NCBI GenBank assembly: GCA_043798935.1 | Contig: JAZDOC010000010.1 | Coordinates: forward strand, 1-59,441 | Source: Patescibacteria group bacterium | GTDB taxonomy: Bacteria > Patescibacteriota > Patescibacteriia > UBA9570 > JAHJKD01 | Direction: 5' to 3' | Length of the DNA: 59,441 nucleotides | In this document: positions 9,667-20,031 of the stretch, piece by piece | How positions within the stretch are numbered: position 1 is the first letter of the stretch | Layout of the letters: every line of letters begins with the position of its first letter | Notes under the pieces: model-generated | What the model was told of the DNA's origin: nothing | Databases searched by the model: none | What the model saw: only the letters and a program-made list of their open reading frames with translations | Translations under genes and position numbers: made by a program

Positions 9667-12149
9667 TCATTTAAATATAAGCCTGTATAGCTATCGTTCA
9701 CTCGAACTATGTCTTCGGGCATGCCTTTGGCAATAATCTTGCCGCCCCGATCACCGCCTTCCGGACCCATGTCGATTATGTAATCGCAACATTTTATTAA
9801 ATGCAAATTATGCTCAATCACCACCACGCTGTGTCCGGCTGCCACTAATTTTTGTAAAACTTTTATTAACAACTGTAGATCATCATAATGCAATCCCACT
9901 GTTGGTTCGTCGAATAAATAAAGCACGCGCTTATTTAATGGCAACGCCAGCTCTTTACCTAATTTCACTCTCTGTGCTTCCCCGCCTGATAATGTCGGGG
10001 CTGATTGGCCTAGCCTTATATAACCTAAACCCACTTCTTCTAAAACTTTTAGTTTATCGGTAATGAACGGTATTTCCGAGAAGAATTTCAATGCTTGAGA
10101 AATCGTCATGTTTAATACATCGGCGATATTTTTATGTTTATACTTAACCTGCAAAGTTTCACGATTATAACGCTGTCCGTGGCACACATTGCATTTCACC
10201 CACACAGCCGGTAAAAAATGCATTTCTATCATATTGTACCCCACACCATTGCAAGCTTCACAGCGGCCACCGCTTACATTAAAAGAAAAACGGCTGGGTT
10301 TATAAGCTCGTTCACGCGCTGACGGCAACTCGGCAAAAAACTCTCTGACTGGTGTAAATATTCCCGTATATGTGGCAGGATTAGAACGGGGTGTGCGCCC
10401 GATCGGCGATTGATTAACCATGACCGCTTTAGTAAGATATTCCGCGCCTTCTAATTTTTTAATATTAGCGAATTTAACCGGACGCTGATTTTTTACTTTC
10501 TGAAAATTATGATACAGAATATGATGCAATAAGGTAGACTTACCTGAACCGGAAACACCCGTAATACACACTAATCGTTGCAGTGGAATTTCAACATTTA
10601 AATTTTTTAGATTGTGTTTGGTGGCTCCCTGGATTTTTATGAATCCATGATTTTGTTTGCGACGCAAAGTTGGCACAATAATTTTTTTATTACCGCGCAA
10701 ATATTCTAATGTTGAAGAAGATTGCTGATTATCTTTTTTTAATAAATCTTTTATCTCTCCCTGAGCTACTACCAAACCGCCATGTTCACCAGCCCCGGGG
10801 CCAAGATCAACTAAATAATCGGCTTCATTAATAGTTAATTCGTCATGTTCAACCACTATTAAAGTATTATGATTATTCTTTAATGTTTTTATGGTTTTAA
10901 TAAGCTTGTCAGTATCGCGCTCATGCAGACCAATAGTGGGCTCGTCTAATACATACAAAGCACCAGACAATTGGGTGCCAATTTGTGAAGCCAAGCGAAT
11001 TCTTTGCGCTTCCCCGCCCGATAATGTTTCGGCCGATCGCGCGAGAGTAATATAATCCAGCCCCACTTCATTTAAAAAGTTTAGGCGTTCTTGAATCTCT
11101 TTCAAAGGATTAATGGCGATTTTAACTTTATACTGTGGCAACTTGTCCATATAATCTTTAAAAAAATCCTGTGCTTGTTTTAAATTCAGAGCTGTAATTT
11201 GAAAGATGTTTTTATTTTTTATTTTTATGGATAAACTTTCAGGCTTCAATCTTTTACCTTGGCACGCCGGACAAATAGTGTTTTTGTGCCATTCCATTTT
11301 ACCTAGTCCCATGCAATTTGGGCACGCCCCGAACGGGCTGTTAAAAGAAAAAAGTCGCGGTTCAATTTCACCATATGAAAAACCATCATGAGGGCAATTC
11401 CATTGGCTAGATAATAAAAATTCCTCTTTACCCATAATTATTATTACCAACCCCTGGCTATAATCTAAAGCTTGCTCTACGGCGTCGTATAATCTGGTTT
11501 CTTCAAAATTAGCCAGCTCATCAACTACTATTTCTATATCGTGTTTTTTATTTCGTGCTAAAATTATTTTCTGATTTAAGGATTTTATGCTTCCGTCAAT
11601 CCGTGCAGTTTCATAACCTAAATTTAAATAATCATAAAGTAATTGGTAATATTCGCCTTTGCGCCCGCGAACTACCGGTGACAAAATTTTAATATTTTCA
11701 TTTTTATAATTAGCTTTTTTTTCATTAATAAAATCCACCATTTCATCGATAGTCATTTTATCTAGTTTGGATCCGCACTGTGGGCAATACACTTCACCTA
11801 ATCGAGCGAATAATACTCTTAAATAATCGTAAATCTCGGTAAGCGTTCCAACCGTCGAACGCGGATTATGAGAAAGCGCTTTTTGATTAATTGCAATGGC
11901 CGGTGACAAACCTGTTATTTCATCCACATCCGGTCGATCCATCTGCCCCAGAAACTGACGAATATAAGGAGAAAGCGATTCAATGTAACGACGCTGTCCT
12001 TCGGCAAAAATAGTATCAAAAGCCAGAGTCGATTTACCTGATCCGGAAACACCAGTAAAAACAATGATTTTATTTTTGGGCAGCTCTAAATTAATATCTT
12101 GCAAATTATGCATGCGCGCGCCTCTGATTTTAATTATATTTTCCTGCAT
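9654..12149 (-). CDS. uvrA: Excinuclease ABC subunit A (compact, 831 aa)
   Basis: Two GVSGSGKST Walker A motifs, two LSGGEAQR signatures, Zn fingers. Confidence 0.97.
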   Translation of the reverse strand: MQENIIKIRGARMHNLQDINLELPKNKIIVFTGVSGSGKSTLAFDTIFAEGQRRYIESLSPYIRQFLGQMDRPDVDEITGLSPAIAINQKALSHNPRSTVGTLTEIYDYLRVLFARLGEVYCPQCGSKLDKMTIDEMVDFINEKKANYKNENIKILSPVVRGRKGEYYQLLYDYLNLGYETARIDGSIKSLNQKIILARNKKHDIEIVVDELANFEETRLYDAVEQALDYSQGLVIIIMGKEEFLLSSQWNCPHDGFSYGEIEPRLFSFNSPFGACPNCMGLGKMEWHKNTICPACQGKRLKPESLSIKIKNKNIFQITALNLKQAQDFFKDYMDKLPQYKVKIAINPLKEIQERLNFLNEVGLDYITLARSAETLSGGEAQRIRLASQIGTQLSGALYVLDEPTIGLHERDTDKLIKTIKTLKNNHNTLIVVEHDELTINEADYLVDLGPGAGEHGGLVVAQGEIKDLLKKDNQQSSSTLEYLRGNKKIIVPTLRRKQNHGFIKIQGATKHNLKNLNVEIPLQRLVCITGVSGSGKSTLLHHILYHNFQKVKNQRPVKFANIKKLEGAEYLTKAVMVNQSPIGRTPRSNPATYTGIFTPVREFFAELPSARERAYKPSRFSFNVSGGRCEACNGVGYNMIEMHFLPAVWVKCNVCHGQRYNRETLQVKYKHKNIADVLNMTISQALKFFSEIPFITDKLKVLEEVGLGYIRLGQSAPTLSGGEAQRVKLGKELALPLNKRVLYLFDEPTVGLHYDDLQLLIKVLQKLVAAGHSVVVIEHNLHLIKCCDYIIDMGPEGGDRGGKIIAKGMPEDIVRVNDSYTGLYLNECLK

Positions 12150-12155
12150 AAATCT

Positions 12156-13994
12156 TTAATCGGTAATTAATAAATCTTCAATTTTCTTTTTAATGGTTTT
12201 CGGAGTAATGTGATTTTTTTTATTATATGCCAATTGCTTTTTACGACGGCGTTCGACTTCTTGAACCGCTCGGGCTAGTGAACCAGTCACACGATCGGCA
12301 TACAAAATAATTTTACCTTTTACGTTACGTGCGGCTCGCCCCATGGTTTGAATTAAAGAAGTTTGACTGCGTAGAAAACCTTCTCGGTCGGCATCAAAAA
12401 TTGCCACCAGCGTAACTTCAGGTAAGTCTAACCCTTCGCGTAATAAATTTACACCAATTAATATATCAAATTCTCCTTGTCGAAAGCTGGTCAGAATCTC
12501 AGTGCGTTCAATCGTCTTAGTACCGGAATGCATCCAACGCGCCCGATACCCTTTTTGTATTAAAAAATCACTAAAATCTTCAGCCATTTTTTTAGTCAGA
12601 GTATTAACTAAAGCGCGTTCTTTGTTTAAAACTATGTTATCAAGCTCTTTCATTAAATCATCAACTTGCGAAATATTATTCTTTATATCAAGAACAGGTC
12701 TAATGTCTATCACTGGATCAACTAAGCCCGTAGGCCTAATAATTTGTTCTACAATCTGCCGAGATTTTTCTTTTTCCCAGTCAGCCGGTGTGGCCGACGT
12801 AAATATAGCCGAGCCTATTCGCTCTGAAAATTCTGCAAAATTTAAGGGACGATTATCAAGCGCCGACGGTAACCGCCAACCATGATCCACTAATGTTTGT
12901 TTTCGACTACGATCACCGGCATACATACCGCGCACCTGTGGCACAGCAATATGCGATTCATCAATAATAGTTAAAAAGTCGGGTTGATTATTTTTTTTGG
13001 AAAAATATGCCAGAAGTGTATCGGGTGGCTCCCCGGCGCTTTTTCCTAATAAGTGCCGGGAATAATTTTCAATGCCATTACAATAACCAAGTGTTTTTAA
13101 CATTTCCATATCATATTTGATTCGTCTTTTTATTCTCTCAGCTTCAAGTAATTTTTGACGCTTTTTAAAATAAGCGATTCGCTCCTTGGCTTCTTGTTTG
13201 ATATTTCTAATGGCTGTCTTGTTATCATAAGAAACAAAATGTTTAGTGGGAAAAATCAAAATTTCTTTGAGTTGTTCTTTAATCTTTCTGGTGGTTGCAT
13301 CCATAACCCATAATTCCTGCAATTTATTTTTAATCAGTTTAAAACGATAAATAAACGGTGATTCTGCCGGCATTATTTCAAATACATCACCCCGCAAACG
13401 AAACTCACCCCGGCTCATTTCTCCTTTGGTTCTTAAAAATTGCATTTTAATCAAATTTTTGATTAGCTGAGTGCGATCGAATTCTTTGTCGACCTGTAAA
13501 GTTAAAGCTCCTTCATAATAATTTTCCGGCAAGCCAAGATTATATATGCATGATACTGAAGCGACAATAATTACATCGCGACGTGTGACCAAAGCGCTCG
13601 TGGCTTGATGACGTAAACGATCAATTTCCTGATTAATCATGGCTTCTTTTTCTATGTAAGTATCAGTAATGGGAAGATATGCTTCGGGCTGATAATAGTC
13701 GTAATACGACACAAAATAATTAACGCTATTATCAGGAAAGTAATTTTTATATTCTCGATACAGTTGAGCGGCCAAAGTTTTATTCGGCGCTAAAACCAAA
13801 ACCGGCTTATCTTGACTGGCAATAACATTAGCCATGATAAAAGTTTTGCCAGACCCGGTTACGCCCAAAAGCGTTTGAAAATCAAAGCCCTTTTTTACAC
13901 CACTGTTAAGCTTGTTTATGGCTTGGGGCTGGTCGCCGGCCGGTTGATAATGAGATTTTAATTTAAATAATGCCATTTTTATTGAATCATTCAA
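12156..13994 (-). CDS. uvrB: Excinuclease ABC subunit B lacking the C-terminal UVR domain; start may be the ATG at 13976
   Basis: GDQP, LLGVTGSGKT, YYDYYQPEAY, IDESH, NLLREGLDLPEV, GRAARN. Confidence 0.97.
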   Translation of the reverse strand: MNDSIKMALFKLKSHYQPAGDQPQAINKLNSGVKKGFDFQTLLGVTGSGKTFIMANVIASQDKPVLVLAPNKTLAAQLYREYKNYFPDNSVNYFVSYYDYYQPEAYLPITDTYIEKEAMINQEIDRLRHQATSALVTRRDVIIVASVSCIYNLGLPENYYEGALTLQVDKEFDRTQLIKNLIKMQFLRTKGEMSRGEFRLRGDVFEIMPAESPFIYRFKLIKNKLQELWVMDATTRKIKEQLKEILIFPTKHFVSYDNKTAIRNIKQEAKERIAYFKKRQKLLEAERIKRRIKYDMEMLKTLGYCNGIENYSRHLLGKSAGEPPDTLLAYFSKKNNQPDFLTIIDESHIAVPQVRGMYAGDRSRKQTLVDHGWRLPSALDNRPLNFAEFSERIGSAIFTSATPADWEKEKSRQIVEQIIRPTGLVDPVIDIRPVLDIKNNISQVDDLMKELDNIVLNKERALVNTLTKKMAEDFSDFLIQKGYRARWMHSGTKTIERTEILTSFRQGEFDILIGVNLLREGLDLPEVTLVAIFDADREGFLRSQTSLIQTMGRAARNVKGKIILYADRVTGSLARAVQEVERRRKKQLAYNKKNHITPKTIKKKIEDLLITD

Positions 13995-14109
13995 TTAACA
14001 CAAAATTCCCAAGAGTTTGACCTCTAGGGGGCACTAGGCATTATAAAGCAAGCATTAAGCTTAGTCAAAATTGCCAAAAATATATATTTTAACTACAATG
14101 TATTAAGCT

Positions 14110-15579
14110 ATGAGAATATACGATTTAATCGAAAAAATTGAGGAAAAGAAACTAGATGTTAATCTAGATACTATTAAATTGGCTTATGATTACGCTGACC
14201 AGGCACATCAGGGTCAGCTTCGAAAATCTGGCGAACCATATATTAATCATCCTCTGGCCACGGCTTACAAACTAGCCGATATGAATATGGATGAAACTAC
14301 CATCGTGGCCGGAATACTACATGATGTTCCTGAAGATACAGATAAAACTTTAAAAGATGTAAAAAAAGAATTCGGTGCCGATGTAGCACAATTAGTAAGC
14401 GGCATCACTAAATTAGGCCAAGTTAAATACCGCGGCATGGAAAGATACATGGAAAATTTACGCCGCATGTTTGTTGCCATGGCTAAAGATATTCGCGTAA
14501 TTGTAATTAAATTTGCTGATCGTATTCATAATTTAGAAACTTTATCAGCTCTAATGCCCGATAAACAACGCCGAATTGCTTTAGAAAGTTTGGAAATTTA
14601 TGCGCCGATTGCTAACCGATTGGGCATGGGTGAAATTAAAGGTACGTTAGAAGATTTATCCTTTGCTTATGTTTATCCCAAAGAATCTGAATGGGTGCAA
14701 AATAAAATCGCTTCACAGCGACGGAATAAGGAAAAACTAGTGAACAAAAACATCAAAGAAATTAGTAAAATTCTTGATAAAAATAATATAAAATATCTAT
14801 CCATTCACGGCCGTGCAAAACATTTATACAGCTTATATAAAAAACTGCTCGAGCACAACCGTGACTTTTCTAAAATTTATGATTTAGAGGCCATTAGAAT
14901 TGTTGTTCCTTCAATTTCGGGTTGTTATGAATGCTTAGGCATGATTCACCAATACTATCGCCCGTTAAAAGGTCGAATTAAAGATTACATCGCTCAACCC
15001 AAACCTAACGGCTACCAATCACTGCATACTACTATTTTTACTCCCGACGGCGATATTATTGAAGTTCAAATTAGATCACAACAAATGCATTTTGAAGCCG
15101 AGTATGGTATTGCCGCCCACTGGACATACAAAGAAAATAACTCCTCTATTAAAGATAAAATCAATTGGGTAAACGAATTATCTCGCGCTTTCGGTAATAT
15201 GGAAGACGTTAGTGAAGAAAAGTATCTGGAATCCTTAAAGCTGGATATTTTTCAAAATCGAATATTTGCTTTTACACCCAAAGGTGATGTTATTGAACTT
15301 CCTGAAGACGCCACGCCTATTGATTTTGCATATCACATTCATACTGAAATCGGGCACTATTGTTCCGGTGCTAAAATTAATGATCAAATCGTTTCGCTGT
15401 CGGCTAAACTACAAAGTGGCGACGTGGTTGAAATTCACACCGACAAAAAACGTAAAGGCCCCAGCGAAGATTGGTTAACATTTGTTAAAACTACCACGGC
15501 CAGAAGAAACATTAAAATCTTTTTACGTAAAAATAAAACTCGTTTAATAGATAAATTATTAAGAAAAGAAACCGATTAG
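14110..15579 (+). CDS. rel: RelA/SpoT-family (p)ppGpp synthetase/hydrolase (HD-SYNTH-TGS, no ZFD/ACT)
   Basis: RKSGEPY..HP, LHDVPEDT, KDYIAQPKPNGYQSLHT, EVQIRS, FTPKG TGS domain. Confidence 0.95.
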   Translation: MRIYDLIEKIEEKKLDVNLDTIKLAYDYADQAHQGQLRKSGEPYINHPLATAYKLADMNMDETTIVAGILHDVPEDTDKTLKDVKKEFGADVAQLVSGITKLGQVKYRGMERYMENLRRMFVAMAKDIRVIVIKFADRIHNLETLSALMPDKQRRIALESLEIYAPIANRLGMGEIKGTLEDLSFAYVYPKESEWVQNKIASQRRNKEKLVNKNIKEISKILDKNNIKYLSIHGRAKHLYSLYKKLLEHNRDFSKIYDLEAIRIVVPSISGCYECLGMIHQYYRPLKGRIKDYIAQPKPNGYQSLHTTIFTPDGDIIEVQIRSQQMHFEAEYGIAAHWTYKENNSSIKDKINWVNELSRAFGNMEDVSEEKYLESLKLDIFQNRIFAFTPKGDVIELPEDATPIDFAYHIHTEIGHYCSGAKINDQIVSLSAKLQSGDVVEIHTDKKRKGPSEDWLTFVKTTTARRNIKIFLRKNKTRLIDKLLRKETD

Positions 15580-16448
15580 TTATTAATCTTATTAATTATA
15601 TTTTTTAATTCCTGTGCTGAATAGTATTCAATAAAGATGGTTCCACCATCGCCTTCTGGTTTGATGGAAATTTTCGTTTGTAATTTTTCACTAAGCTCAT
15701 CTTGCCAAGCTATAATTTGCGGATCTTGATAGGTAATTTTTTTACCTCTTTTATGAGCTCCGGGGTTACTATCAATTGCACTTTCCAGTTCGCGAACTGA
15801 AAGATTATTAGCAGTTATTTTTGTTAAGAAAGCCATTTGCATTCTTTCATTTGGGATACCCATGATTACTTTGGCGTGTCCTTCAGAAATTTTATTTTCA
15901 GCCAAGGCTTTTTGAATTTCGGCCGGCAAGCTTAATAATCGTATGGCATTAGCAAAAGCCGATCGAGAGATGCCAACTTTTTTAGCTGCTTCATCTTGAG
16001 TTAATCCAAATTCATGAACTAATTTTTTATAGCCTTCAGCTTTTTCAATCGGGTCTAAATCGGATCTTTGAATATTTTCAATTAAAGCCAGCTCTAGCTT
16101 TTCCAAATTAGATGCTTGGCGCACAATCACTGGTACTTTTTGTAAACCAGCAATTTTAGCGGCTCGTAATCGCCTTTCTCCGGCAATTAATTCATACCCG
16201 TCGTCAGCTAGGGTAACAATTAACGGTTGTAAGATCCCGTGTTCTTTAATGGAATTTATTAAGTCTTCCAAATCTTGATGACGGAAATTTTTTCGTGGCT
16301 GTTGCGGATTAACTGAAATTTCGCTGATACTAATTTCATTACTTTGAAATTTAGACTCGTTTGTTTCGGCGGCGCGAACCTGATTCTGAATATTAATAGC
16401 GTTATTTCGAATTGGAATTAATGATCCTAAACCTTTACCTAAAGACAT
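15576..16448 (-). CDS. parB: ParB/Spo0J partition protein
   Basis: LGKGLGSLI, QPRK, GILQPLIV, LIAGERRLRA, LIENIQRSDL, HTH. Confidence 0.96.
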   Translation of the reverse strand: MSLGKGLGSLIPIRNNAINIQNQVRAAETNESKFQSNEISISEISVNPQQPRKNFRHQDLEDLINSIKEHGILQPLIVTLADDGYELIAGERRLRAAKIAGLQKVPVIVRQASNLEKLELALIENIQRSDLDPIEKAEGYKKLVHEFGLTQDEAAKKVGISRSAFANAIRLLSLPAEIQKALAENKISEGHAKVIMGIPNERMQMAFLTKITANNLSVRELESAIDSNPGAHKRGKKITYQDPQIIAWQDELSEKLQTKISIKPEGDGGTIFIEYYSAQELKNIINKINN

Positions 16449-16469
16449 ATAATATAAAATTAAAATTAA

Positions 16470-17276
16470 TTATTTGATTTCTTGGGCGGGCACAGAATCA
16501 ACCGGAATTATTTTACACGGCGTATTGATCAATTCAGCTGTGAGCTTCCGGTATGCTTTAGCGCCCTTTGAACGCTTATCGTATTTGGAAATAGGCTGGC
16601 CAAATGAAGGAGCTTCAGCTAATTTGATATTTCGTGGAATAACAGAGCGAAATACATAGTGGGGAAAATGCTGATAAATTTCGCTTAATATTTCAACTGA
16701 TAATTTATTTCGTTTATCAAACATGGTTAAAATTGATCCTAAAACATTTAACTCAGGTTGTAAGTGCTGTTTAACTAAATTAATAGTATTCAATAATTGT
16801 CCCAAGCCTTCTAAGGCATAATACTCACACTGTACCGGAATCAACACCTCTCGGCCGGCAGTTAAACTATTTATGGTTAACAACCCTAATGACGGCGGAC
16901 AATCAATGATAATATAATCGTAATGTTCTTTAATATGAGAAATGCATTTGTCTAAAATATATTCCCGATTCTCAACACTAACTAACTCAACTGACGCGCC
17001 GGCTAAATTTATTGTTGCTGGAATAATATGTAAATTTTCAATAGGCGAAGCAAAAATAACTTTTTCGACCGGCATTTTTCCCACTAAAGCTTCATAGACT
17101 CCGCGCTCTAATTTTGTTATGTCGATTCCCAAACCTGATGTAGCGTTAGCTTGGGGATCAGTGTCGATCAATAAAACTTTTTTTTCAGCTTCAGCCAAAT
17201 AACTGGCTACATTAACGGCGGTAGTGGTTTTTCCCACACCCCCCTTTTGATTCACAATAGTAATAATTCTAACCAT
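16470..17276 (-). CDS. parA: ParA/Soj ATPase
   Basis: NQKGGVGKTTT, IDTDPQANAT, IIDCPPSLG, PVQCEYYALEG, LAEAPSFG. Confidence 0.97.
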   Translation of the reverse strand: MVRIITIVNQKGGVGKTTTAVNVASYLAEAEKKVLLIDTDPQANATSGLGIDITKLERGVYEALVGKMPVEKVIFASPIENLHIIPATINLAGASVELVSVENREYILDKCISHIKEHYDYIIIDCPPSLGLLTINSLTAGREVLIPVQCEYYALEGLGQLLNTINLVKQHLQPELNVLGSILTMFDKRNKLSVEILSEIYQHFPHYVFRSVIPRNIKLAEAPSFGQPISKYDKRSKGAKAYRKLTAELINTPCKIIPVDSVPAQEIK

Positions 17277-17285
17277 AATATTTGA

Positions 17286-17336
17286 ATTATATCAGTTTTA
17301 TATTGCATTGACAATTGAGTGTAATTAATTTATTCT
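17286..17336. promoter_or_regulatory. Back-to-back promoters for parA (-) and tRNA-Leu (+) with overlapping -35 hexamers
   Basis: Plus strand: TTGACA(17308)-17-TATTCT. Minus strand: TTGTCA(17314-17309)-17-TATAAT(17291-17286) with an extended TG. Confidence 0.6.
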
Positions 17337-17366
17337 ATTATAGAGTAAGAGACAAAAGTTGCATCA

Positions 17367-17452
17367 GCCGAAGTGGCGGAATTGGTAGACGCACACGACT
17401 CAAAATCGTGCGGGCTTTGCTCATGAGAGTTCGATTCTCTCCTTCGGCACCA
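17367..17452 (+). tRNA. tRNA-Leu (CAA), long variable arm, encoded CCA
   Basis: GCCGAAG/CTTCGGC acceptor stem, GGAATTGGTAGAC D-arm, CACGA-CTCAAAA-TCGTG anticodon arm, GAGAGTTCGATTCTCTC T-arm. Confidence 0.97.
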
Positions 17453-17454
17453 AT

Positions 17455-17487
17455 AAAAAAAGACGCGTCTATACGCGCCTTTTTTTT
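17455..17487. terminator. Bidirectional intrinsic terminator between the tRNA and the pilin gene
   Basis: A-tract GACGCGT-CTAT-ACGCGCC T-tract between convergent genes. Confidence 0.75.
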
Positions 17488-17503
17488 ATAGCAAAGAAAT
17501 TAA

Positions 17504-17968
17504 TTATCGAGTGACGTTGATTACTTCGCTTAGTTCTGGCTCGCAAGAACCAATAGTGATGTGGTTGTTAGTGGTGAATGTCATGTAGTAATCAGTATCC
17601 GTTGTTGTGCCAGCATCTGGATCAGTAGGCATAACATCAAAATATTTTGGCGACAATGAAGCACCTAAATTAACGCATACACCATCAGTTGGAGCAACAG
17701 CTGTACAAGTACAACCGCTAGCACCAGTACCAATAACTCTGGTTTCACCTGCCACGATACCGGTTGGATATGTACCGGCATTATCAACAATGTATTGTTG
17801 TGTACCTTCTAAAATTGAAGATACATCACTCCATCTTTGAGAATTTCTAGCTTCAGCAAATCTTGTAGCTGGATCAATAGCCACAAATGCCACGGCTGCT
17901 AAAATAGCAATCACCGCGATTACTATCAATAGCTCAACCAGTGTGAAGCCTTTATGATTTTTTTTCAT
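17504..17968 (-). CDS. Type IV pilin (probable major pilin)
   Basis: Class III signal KG|FTLVELLIVIAVIAIL; Cys-containing head. Confidence 0.9.
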   Translation of the reverse strand: MKKNHKGFTLVELLIVIAVIAILAAVAFVAIDPATRFAEARNSQRWSDVSSILEGTQQYIVDNAGTYPTGIVAGETRVIGTGASGCTCTAVAPTDGVCVNLGASLSPKYFDVMPTDPDAGTTTDTDYYMTFTTNNHITIGSCEPELSEVINVTR

Positions 17969-17986
17969 AATTGCTTTTTATAATTA

Positions 17987-19054
17987 TTATTTAATAAAAT
18001 TAATATTATTTTGCCAAGAATTATCATCTATATGACGTAAGGCTAAACCTAAAACATTAGCAAAAAGTAATCCTTGTTTTTTAATTATAGCATAATTGCC
18101 TATTTTGGTAAAGGGATTGCCAATTTCTAATTTAATCTTCAAATTAGCAGTTAGATATTCAGGCAATCCATTTAAAAAAGCCGAACCACCAACTAGACAA
18201 CCGAAATTTATTTGTTTTTTTGTTTTATCTTCAAAATAACTCATGCTTTTTTTAATTTCGGGTAAAATTTCTTGTAAATGAGATTGAATAATTAATAATA
18301 GTTCTCCCTGATTTTTTTTATAATCAAGGCCATTTGTTATTTTTAATTTTTCAGCTTCAGTAAAAGAAATTTTTAATTTTTCCGAGATTGCTTGAGTGAA
18401 AGTATGGCCGGCAACCGGGACATTGTGTGTTGAATACAGCCCTAATCCATAAAACACACTAATATTTGATGTGCGCGCGCCAATATCTAAAAGTAGAACT
18501 CCTTCATTAGAATTTATTTTATCTATGACGGCTCGAGCCGTGGCAATGGATTCTATTTCCATGGATGATATTCGAATATTCAGTTTTTTGGCTAATTCTT
18601 CATAGCCATTATAAATTTCCCGATCAACGGCTGCTACAAAGATTGTTTGTTCTTCATCATTTTTTTCCAAAACTTGCCAGGCATTAACCGTGGAATTGTA
18701 ATCAAATGGCATTATTTCTGGTATTTGATTGGCAATTGCTTCTGTAATTTCACTATCTTTTAGATCTAAAGGCAAATTAATAGTAGCGGTATATACTTGA
18801 CTATCAGGTAAAGATATAGAAACGTCTTTGGTTTTAATGGCTTTGGGTTTAGCGGTAGCTAGCACCTCATCGACATTAGAAGCTAATTTGGATAAATTAA
18901 GTATTTTTCCATTTTCAACAATTCCGCTTTCCATTTTAACGCGCGAGTAAGACTTAATGTTTTTTTTACCAAAATTCTGTTCCAACTCCATAGCTTCAAT
19001 GGAATAATCTGAGATATCCAGACCAAATATTTTTTTTGTAAAAATGCTAAACAT
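17987..19054 (-). CDS. pilM: Type IV pilus assembly protein PilM
   Basis: FGLDISD, LLDIGARTS, AGHTFT...AEKLK, LVGGSA, LGLALR actin-like motifs. Confidence 0.9.
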   Translation of the reverse strand: MFSIFTKKIFGLDISDYSIEAMELEQNFGKKNIKSYSRVKMESGIVENGKILNLSKLASNVDEVLATAKPKAIKTKDVSISLPDSQVYTATINLPLDLKDSEITEAIANQIPEIMPFDYNSTVNAWQVLEKNDEEQTIFVAAVDREIYNGYEELAKKLNIRISSMEIESIATARAVIDKINSNEGVLLLDIGARTSNISVFYGLGLYSTHNVPVAGHTFTQAISEKLKISFTEAEKLKITNGLDYKKNQGELLLIIQSHLQEILPEIKKSMSYFEDKTKKQINFGCLVGGSAFLNGLPEYLTANLKIKLEIGNPFTKIGNYAIIKKQGLLFANVLGLALRHIDDNSWQNNINFIK

Positions 19055-19074
19055 ATTAATTATATTAAGTTATA

Positions 19075-19500
19075 TTAAATGCTAAAATCACCAACTTGCT
19101 CCCACGAAGAAACGCTTAAATCGTCTCCGGTGTTCAATTCAACTTCAATTAAACTATAGTAGTCTCCCACATTACCTGTAACTTGTAAAAAACATGCATC
19201 CCCTTCTAAATTACACTCGCCTCCATCATCAGCCACGGCCTGTATTGTACATGATCCTTGGCTAAAAGTCATACTGGTTGGGGGCGTTTGTTTTCTTTTT
19301 AAACGTATCAAGCCTTCTTCAGTACAGGCATCAGCCGTAATAAAGGCTTGCTGAGATTCTACTCCAGAAAGGCCCATTTGCATTTCATTGACCGCGTTTA
19401 AGCTAACTGTAATGCCAATAATTACACAGACTGCCAATATCATTAATACCGATATTAAAGCCACGTAGCCTTTTTGATTTTTTATAAATATTTTTATCAT
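19075..19500 (-). CDS. Minor pilin, PilX-like
   Basis: KG|YVALISVL prepilin signal lacking Glu5; QAFITADACTEEG. Confidence 0.8.
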   Translation of the reverse strand: MIKIFIKNQKGYVALISVLMILAVCVIIGITVSLNAVNEMQMGLSGVESQQAFITADACTEEGLIRLKRKQTPPTSMTFSQGSCTIQAVADDGGECNLEGDACFLQVTGNVGDYYSLIEVELNTGDDLSVSSWEQVGDFSI

Positions 19501-20030
19501 GGTTGTCGAAACATTACAGTGTCATTTAAGGTTATATCCCAATCAAATTCTTGCCAATTATTTGGATTATTAAAACTAACTTGGAATTCAATTTTTAAAC
19601 CGCTTTGATTTGTGCTGTTTTGGATCTCGAAAAAAGTTAAATTCTGCACAGTTATTAAATCGTTGGTTAATGTTTGCTCTGTTCCGGTAGCACCTATGCG
19701 TTCAGTAAGCTGACCGTCGATTACCTGCCAATATACATCATCAGCACTGTCGTTTTTATCTAAATGAAGCAGACCACCGCTCACTAAATTTGTGTCCAAA
19801 GCTGATTCAGCATTAATGTTTCTGGCGCTACGAATTTTTTGACTCATTTTTTCCAAGGCAAAACGAGCGTTTTGTTGAACTTCGGCCATGGTGTCGGCTT
19901 TGGTTTGGGCGGAAATAACCCGCTGGCTAAAACTCATAATGGCTACTAAAAAAACCGAGACGATTGCAATATAAACAATTGTTTCAATTAATGTAAATCC
20001 GGATAGATAATGGCGTTTATGTTTATTCAT
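19497..20030 (-). CDS. Minor pilin, PilW-like
   Basis: SG|FTLIETIVYIAI; NARFALEKM..IRSA. Confidence 0.85.
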   Translation of the reverse strand: MNKHKRHYLSGFTLIETIVYIAIVSVFLVAIMSFSQRVISAQTKADTMAEVQQNARFALEKMSQKIRSARNINAESALDTNLVSGGLLHLDKNDSADDVYWQVIDGQLTERIGATGTEQTLTNDLITVQNLTFFEIQNSTNQSGLKIEFQVSFNNPNNWQEFDWDITLNDTVMFRQP

Positions 20031-20031
20031 A

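Noticed and set aside
14008-14032. Imperfect hairpin CCCAAGAG-TTTGAC-CTCTAGGG between uvrB and rel as an SOS box or operator
   Set aside because: Does not match LexA boxes I know; short and single
15576-17452. Origin of replication or parS near parAB
   Set aside because: No parS palindrome or DnaA-box cluster seen, and no dnaA/dnaN in the window
17367-17487. tRNA-Leu as an integration site for an island or prophage
   Set aside because: No integrase, and no repeat of the tRNA 3' end noticed in the window
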